From: Psammoneis japonica
Lineage: Eukaryota
Direction of reading: 5' to 3'
Assembly: GCA_008632985.1 (NCBI GenBank)
Contig: QPGO01000006.1
Location: 62,001 to 126,000 of the forward strand
DNA length: 64,000 nt
Positions 59,047 to 64,000 of this stretch are shown piece by piece. Positions within the stretch are counted from its first letter, which is position 1. The number at the start of each line of letters is the position of its first letter. Position numbers and translations under genes: made by a program. Under the pieces are notes generated by a model that worked only from the letters and a program-made list of their open reading frames with translations, ran no database searches and was not told the origin of the DNA.

Positions 59047-59676
59047 ATGACGATACAGCCGAAACGAAATCCGACACGTCCTCCGGTATGGAGGATACGG
59101 ATTGGTTTGGATGCGAAAGGTCCGAGTTTGGCAAAAGTCCGATGCCAACTCGTTCTCTGGCATGTATCGAACGAGCTGTTTGGAAGAGGTTCGCAGGAGT
59201 CCAACACTCTGGTCAGAAGACAAAGACCCGGTGTCATCACACGCCAATTTCCCGGATGCAAACGATTCTGCCACAACTCAAAGAGAAGACAGTTACCGCT
59301 TAGCAGATCTACAAGCAGCTCGATGAAGAAGCTATGTTCAAAACGAGAAAAGCTTTGGACGGTTCCGTTGTTGCGTATTAATAGTCCCGACAACAATGTC
59401 ATAGAGAAAAGCTTCTTGTCTGCACAAAATATCGCTTGTCCTTTTTTCGCGCCAAAACCGCCCCAACAAGCACCGGGGTCAATATTTGTGGTTGATAATG
59501 GGTTCTACAGAGTACGACAGCTCTACTACGACGGTGACGCGCCGGAGCGATGCTGTGCTTGTCCGACCTTACAGTACGATACCACCTCGTACTCTACTCT
59601 AGTCGTCGATGTCATGAGCGAGACCTGCACCGATCCAAATCATGAACCGCGCAATATTGCACAAGCTGTAGAATGA
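59047..59676 (+). CDS. Hypothetical protein (start uncertain)
   Basis: Part of a 320-codon ORF in normal-composition DNA. The C-terminal half looks globular. No family recognised. Confidence 0.4.
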   Translation: MTIQPKRNPTRPPVWRIRIGLDAKGPSLAKVRCQLVLWHVSNELFGRGSQESNTLVRRQRPGVITRQFPGCKRFCHNSKRRQLPLSRSTSSSMKKLCSKREKLWTVPLLRINSPDNNVIEKSFLSAQNIACPFFAPKPPQQAPGSIFVVDNGFYRVRQLYYDGDAPERCCACPTLQYDTTSYSTLVVDVMSETCTDPNHEPRNIAQAVE

Positions 59677-59939
59677 ATCGCAATATACCCATGGTAGGTG
59701 GTCTTGTTATTGGCTCCGTCTTGCAATGAACAAACAACAACAAACGTTACTCTACATGGTAGCTCGGCACTATATACCCACGGTAGAAACCCAGTTCTTC
59801 TTTTTTATGGAATTGTATCTTTTGATCCTCTTGGATTCTACAACTAGAGTTTTAGACAGTAAACATTAAATGTGTATCGATTCTCTGTTATATTCTTTTA
59901 ACTACCTTCCTATAGTGTCGTCGAAACCCTTGCATTGTT

Positions 59940-61718
59940 TTATTTTTTGTTTCGTTGCGATTGTTTGGCACGTCGTCGTTCTCTTAAAAAATTGGATAAA
60001 TTATCACGATCCTCCATGATTTCACCCTCTTGTGTAGAGGGTCGTTTGGGTTGTGGTGGTGTTTTGTTGTTATGGCTTGTTCCATTCTTCTTGGCCGATT
60101 GCACTCGTGGTGCTGCTTTGGTTTTGGTTGGCAATGGATCCCTTGCGGATGGTTTCACAACCACTTCATCCCACGGAATATCATTGGTACTAGTACTCGC
60201 ATTGGATGACGATACAACCTTGAAGGTTTCTTTTGGCATACTACTGCGTGCTCTTGACGACGATGAAACTGGATTGATGTTTTGTTGTTGTTGTTGTTGC
60301 TGCTGCATTGGGACGACATTGTCATCGTGTAAATCATAATGTTCCGCCACGTGATCAAACGAAAACGACATGTCTTCTTCTTCTTCTGACGATGATATTT
60401 CTTCTTGTTGTCGTTGTTGTTGTCTCGCAAGAGCCGCCATGCGATACGATTGTTGTCGATAAGGTGACTGTTGCATACCACCAATCGATGACATGGAAGT
60501 GGATGTCATTTCACTAGCCGCCATGCTGGGTGTCATTTCACTTGCCAAACTGTACGCATCGACATCAAAGGATTCATCACCATCCCTCTGTTGCACCGAT
60601 GCTGCCATTGTGGACGCAGCCGCCATGTTGGCAACACTATCGTCCATGGCATAACTGTTGTTGCCATTGTTGTCTTGTTTGGATATGTTTGTTGCGCCGT
60701 CTTTTTGTTTTGCATCACTCGCTTTATTGCTACTATTCCGCGTCGTCGCCTTGGGTCTCTTTAACACTTTCCACCAAACTGCCAATAATACCAAGACAAG
60801 TGCCACGGCTGCCACACAAACACCGACAATGATTCCCGTATTGTTATTATTACTGCCACTGTTCTTGTTGGAAGCTTCTTCTTGTTCTTTGGCATATTTC
60901 ACTTCAACGACTTGTACAGTATTCAAGGCTTGTTGCAAACTCGTCGAATCGCCCAAGGCTTGTCGTTGTACCACGCGTACAAATTCCGTTTCAACAGGAC
61001 TGCCTTGAAACAACACTTGGCCTTTATAATTCAAAGTATTAGTAGCTTCCAATAACAATCGATTGGATGATTGCAATTCCAAATCGATGCGGAGTGTTCG
61101 TGGTAAACTTCGAACAAAGGATTCCATCAAGTACTGCGAGAGGGAATCGGTAATTTCTGCAGAATTAATGTTGCCCGACGACAATTCCAACGAAAACGGA
61201 TCGAGCGGAGAGGAATAAATTTTTGGAACAGCCGTGGGAGCCATGGTAGTGGGATTAGTGGTGATGGCAACTGGTTGTGCTGTAGTAGTGGGTACTTCCG
61301 GCGTGGTGGTAATAAAGGTTGGTTCACTCGTTGTCGAAAGAATGGGAACTGCAGTTGGTGCACGTGTCGCGTCTGGAATTGTCGGTGCCAGTGTCGGGCG
61401 CAAGGTTGGAGCAACCGTTGTGGCAGCAACCGTAGGTGATGGGGTAGGTGCAAACGTGGGCGCTTTAGTCGGCATTTTCGTGGTGGGAGACGGAGTGTCT
61501 TCTTCTTCCTCCTCCTCTTCTTCTTCCTCCTCTTCTTCTGGATCATCCTGCTTCAATCGACGTCGTCGCTGCTCAACAACAGGAAAAGAAGCAGCAGCAT
61601 CACGACGAGCTTCACCACGTACACCAGAAGATGATTCAACACAACATGTTGTCATGACAAGAAGGAAAAGTAATAGCAAACATGATACAAGTCCTTGTCG
61701 AGTTCTTGTTGTTGTCAT
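59940..61718 (-). CDS. Type I single-pass membrane protein with Pro/Thr-rich ectodomain
   Basis: 592-aa ORF with signal peptide, RRRRLK, poly-Glu, T-x-A-P-T repeats, a globular segment, TM (GIIVGVCVAAVALVLVLLAVWW) and a low-complexity tail. Confidence 0.88.
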   Translation of the reverse strand: MTTTRTRQGLVSCLLLLFLLVMTTCCVESSSGVRGEARRDAAASFPVVEQRRRRLKQDDPEEEEEEEEEEEEEDTPSPTTKMPTKAPTFAPTPSPTVAATTVAPTLRPTLAPTIPDATRAPTAVPILSTTSEPTFITTTPEVPTTTAQPVAITTNPTTMAPTAVPKIYSSPLDPFSLELSSGNINSAEITDSLSQYLMESFVRSLPRTLRIDLELQSSNRLLLEATNTLNYKGQVLFQGSPVETEFVRVVQRQALGDSTSLQQALNTVQVVEVKYAKEQEEASNKNSGSNNNNTGIIVGVCVAAVALVLVLLAVWWKVLKRPKATTRNSSNKASDAKQKDGATNISKQDNNGNNSYAMDDSVANMAAASTMAASVQQRDGDESFDVDAYSLASEMTPSMAASEMTSTSMSSIGGMQQSPYRQQSYRMAALARQQQRQQEEISSSEEEEDMSFSFDHVAEHYDLHDDNVVPMQQQQQQQQNINPVSSSSRARSSMPKETFKVVSSSNASTSTNDIPWDEVVVKPSARDPLPTKTKAAPRVQSAKKNGTSHNNKTPPQPKRPSTQEGEIMEDRDNLSNFLRERRRAKQSQRNKK

Positions 61719-62049
61719 GGCGGCAACAACAATATACCTCTAGAGAGTATGATGCATGCAACAAACAGTAACCTTAGCAACAACACAGTTTCCTCTCCGA
61801 TCTACCGTTGGTTTGCAGCACAGCAAGCGCACCCCGCGAAAAATGACACGCGTGGGAATCGTACGAATTCAACGCATGCTTTTTATATACACGAAGACGA
61901 ACATATTTCCGTTGAGAATCGTTTTTTGAATGACGTAACAAGATGCCATATCTTTCATTCTATTTCTACAGACACGAATGCGTCATTGGTTGGAAGAACC
62001 AAAAAGATGCCACGTCGCAATGCTCATTTTTCCCTCACAAAATTCAACG

Positions 62050-64000
62050 CAAATTGAATCATGGCACCGCAAGTCCTTGCAACAACATGAGAGTGGTCCC
62101 TTTGACGAGGTGGAAATCAGCAATGAAACAACGCTGGAGTCAGGAACTTTCAAGGAAGATGTTTTTGCAAACAAGTCTGTTGCAGCGCACCCCACCAGCA
62201 TCTGACGAAAACAACAAAACACCCTTTTGGCGACGCCGCACGTTTGCCACCGGCAGACTCAACCGGTCCCACCGGCTGACTGATGGGTGCTCACTGGAAT
62301 CAGCATGCAGCCCTGTGCACAAGCCACCGTGATAGATGAGTTTGAGAGTGCCGCCACAAAACAATGACAACGCAAAGCGACTTCTTCCCGAAGGACATGC
62401 GACACAGTCCTGCCCTTGAAGAAAGCTAGAATGTCAGAAGCTGCACAATCACATCTCTAAAGAACAACAAAATGCCACAAGTTGGTGTCACAAATGTGTG
62501 TGATCATGTGGTTTTGTTGGTCTGTCCATCGAACGATTTTTGATTTTGCAGGCTTGCATGGTTGAACTTCAACTTGCACAGATGCCCTGCAGAAATGTGC
62601 ACAAAAACACACCAAAATCAAAATTTCAAAATCGTGAGGTGGAGAAGTGAAACCACTCTTTCTTCCCTGCACCATCTCGTGGCGACTCCAGCAGATTGTG
62701 ACAACAATGACGATGATTGAAAATGTCGCTTGCATGTGTTGAATGTGCTGAGGAGCAAGAAAGAGTGCATCGTCACTCTCTGACTCCTTGTGGCCACAAA
62801 ATTTGTCTTCACTGCATGGTTTGTTTGCCAGCAGAAAAGACATCCAAAAAAATAAAACCAAATCTGCTGCATTTACGGTGCTGTCACTCCTTTGCCAGCC
62901 AAGCCGGCGCATTGTGGTCAATGCGTCTCGCACCATCCAAAAGAGAAATCATGAATCAGAAAAAAGTGAAGTCGATTGTGAATGCCCAGCTCCTGTCAAG
63001 AAAAAGAAAAAGAGGAACCCCACCAAGTCATGAATGTTGGAATGCCTCCGAGAGAAACAAAACGACGGTTTTTGGCACCAGCTGTGATTGCAGCGGATGG
63101 CCTGCCACTCACAGAGCAAGAGGTGGTTGAAACAGATGAGGATGGCAACATCCCACACACTCCAGTTGGACATGCAGCAGTCAACAGAAAAGGAGACACA
63201 GCTGCCGATGACAACCAAACCAAAATTGCTGTCGCAAACATCTTCAAGAACATGTCATCCGTGCTCTCACCTGTGGTTACAACAGGAAAGAGTGCAGAGC
63301 CAATGAGCCCAAAAAATGCACTCAATCACCTCATGTCAGAAGAAAACAGCACAGCCATGCTTCCATCTATTTTTGCTTTTGACGCCAATGGCACTGACAT
63401 GAATGCTTTCATGGAGACAATGAAGAAGCATGGGAGACAAGGCGACTCATCGGCATTGGCTGTGGGGATGATGACGGCTTTAATTGTGAGAGTTTCAAGT
63501 CAAAATGAGGTGGGGGCTGCCATCAAACGTGTGTCCAATGTTTTCACAACTCAAAAGAGATTCTGTCGTTGGAGATGCTCTTGCCAATTTCAAAGCAACA
63601 ACATCTGCATTGGCCACTGGCATTGCAAAGGCTTCTGAGTGCACTGCAGCCTGCCTTGAACCCAAGGCAAAATTGTTGGCACCTGAGGATGGGGCAATGC
63701 TGACAGCCGACAATGCAGAATTGAAAACAACACATGCTAAAGATGCAGGAGGGTTTGGCAGAATTCAAGGAAGATGCTGTGTTTTGAGTGCTCTGGGGGG
63801 GAAGACCTCAGTTGAGGAGCATTCAGCTGAGCCAGATTGGTCATTCCATTTGACCAATGTCAACAATGTTGTGCTCACTGGTCATGGAAAAGAAGCACAA
63901 CAGCCACATGCTGCGAAATCAGCTCATGTCTCGATTTTTGACATTGACAAAATTTGCACTGCTCACTGGAACAACAGAACAGCCAATTGACAGATGCAGC
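62050..64000 (+). mobile_element. TA-depleted degenerate block with a RING-finger-like coding relic
   Basis: CVEC...PCGHKICLHC at about 62735-62815, followed by broken frames. TA is rare. Confidence 0.4.

Noticed and set aside
61234..61743. Antisense ORFs over the membrane-protein and fasciclin genes
   Set aside because: They are shadows of low-complexity Pro/Thr/Glu coding sequence on the opposite strand.

Overview
Eukaryotic nuclear DNA, very probably from a diatom. This is inferred from a frustulin-type Cys-rich domain, RRL/RRRLQ motifs, T-x-A-P-T repeats and short GT-AG introns. The window alternates between two compartments. Gene islands of normal composition (about 1-430, 16730-19330, 23000-25830, 32270-37100, 54660-62050) carry the 5' end of an acyltransferase-3, a secreted NMT1/THI5-type solute-binding protein, an FkbM-like methyltransferase, a GT8-like glycosyltransferase, a fasciclin protein and a type I membrane protein. 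Repeat blocks hold a ~8.9 kb tyrosine-recombinase retrotransposon with split direct repeats, MITEs, satellites and decayed host-gene copies. The main observation is that the repeat blocks have almost no TpA dinucleotides. Pairwise comparison of duplicates inside the window shows TA changed to TG or CA (A:T to G:C on either strand), apparently most efficiently at 5'-TAY-3'. Tyr codons became Cys/His and TAA/TAG stops disappeared, which explains the many spurious ORFs. This looks like a repeat-targeted 'reverse-RIP' A-to-G hypermutation process. Mechanism and novelty cannot be established from this sequence alone. All alignments and counts were done by eye.
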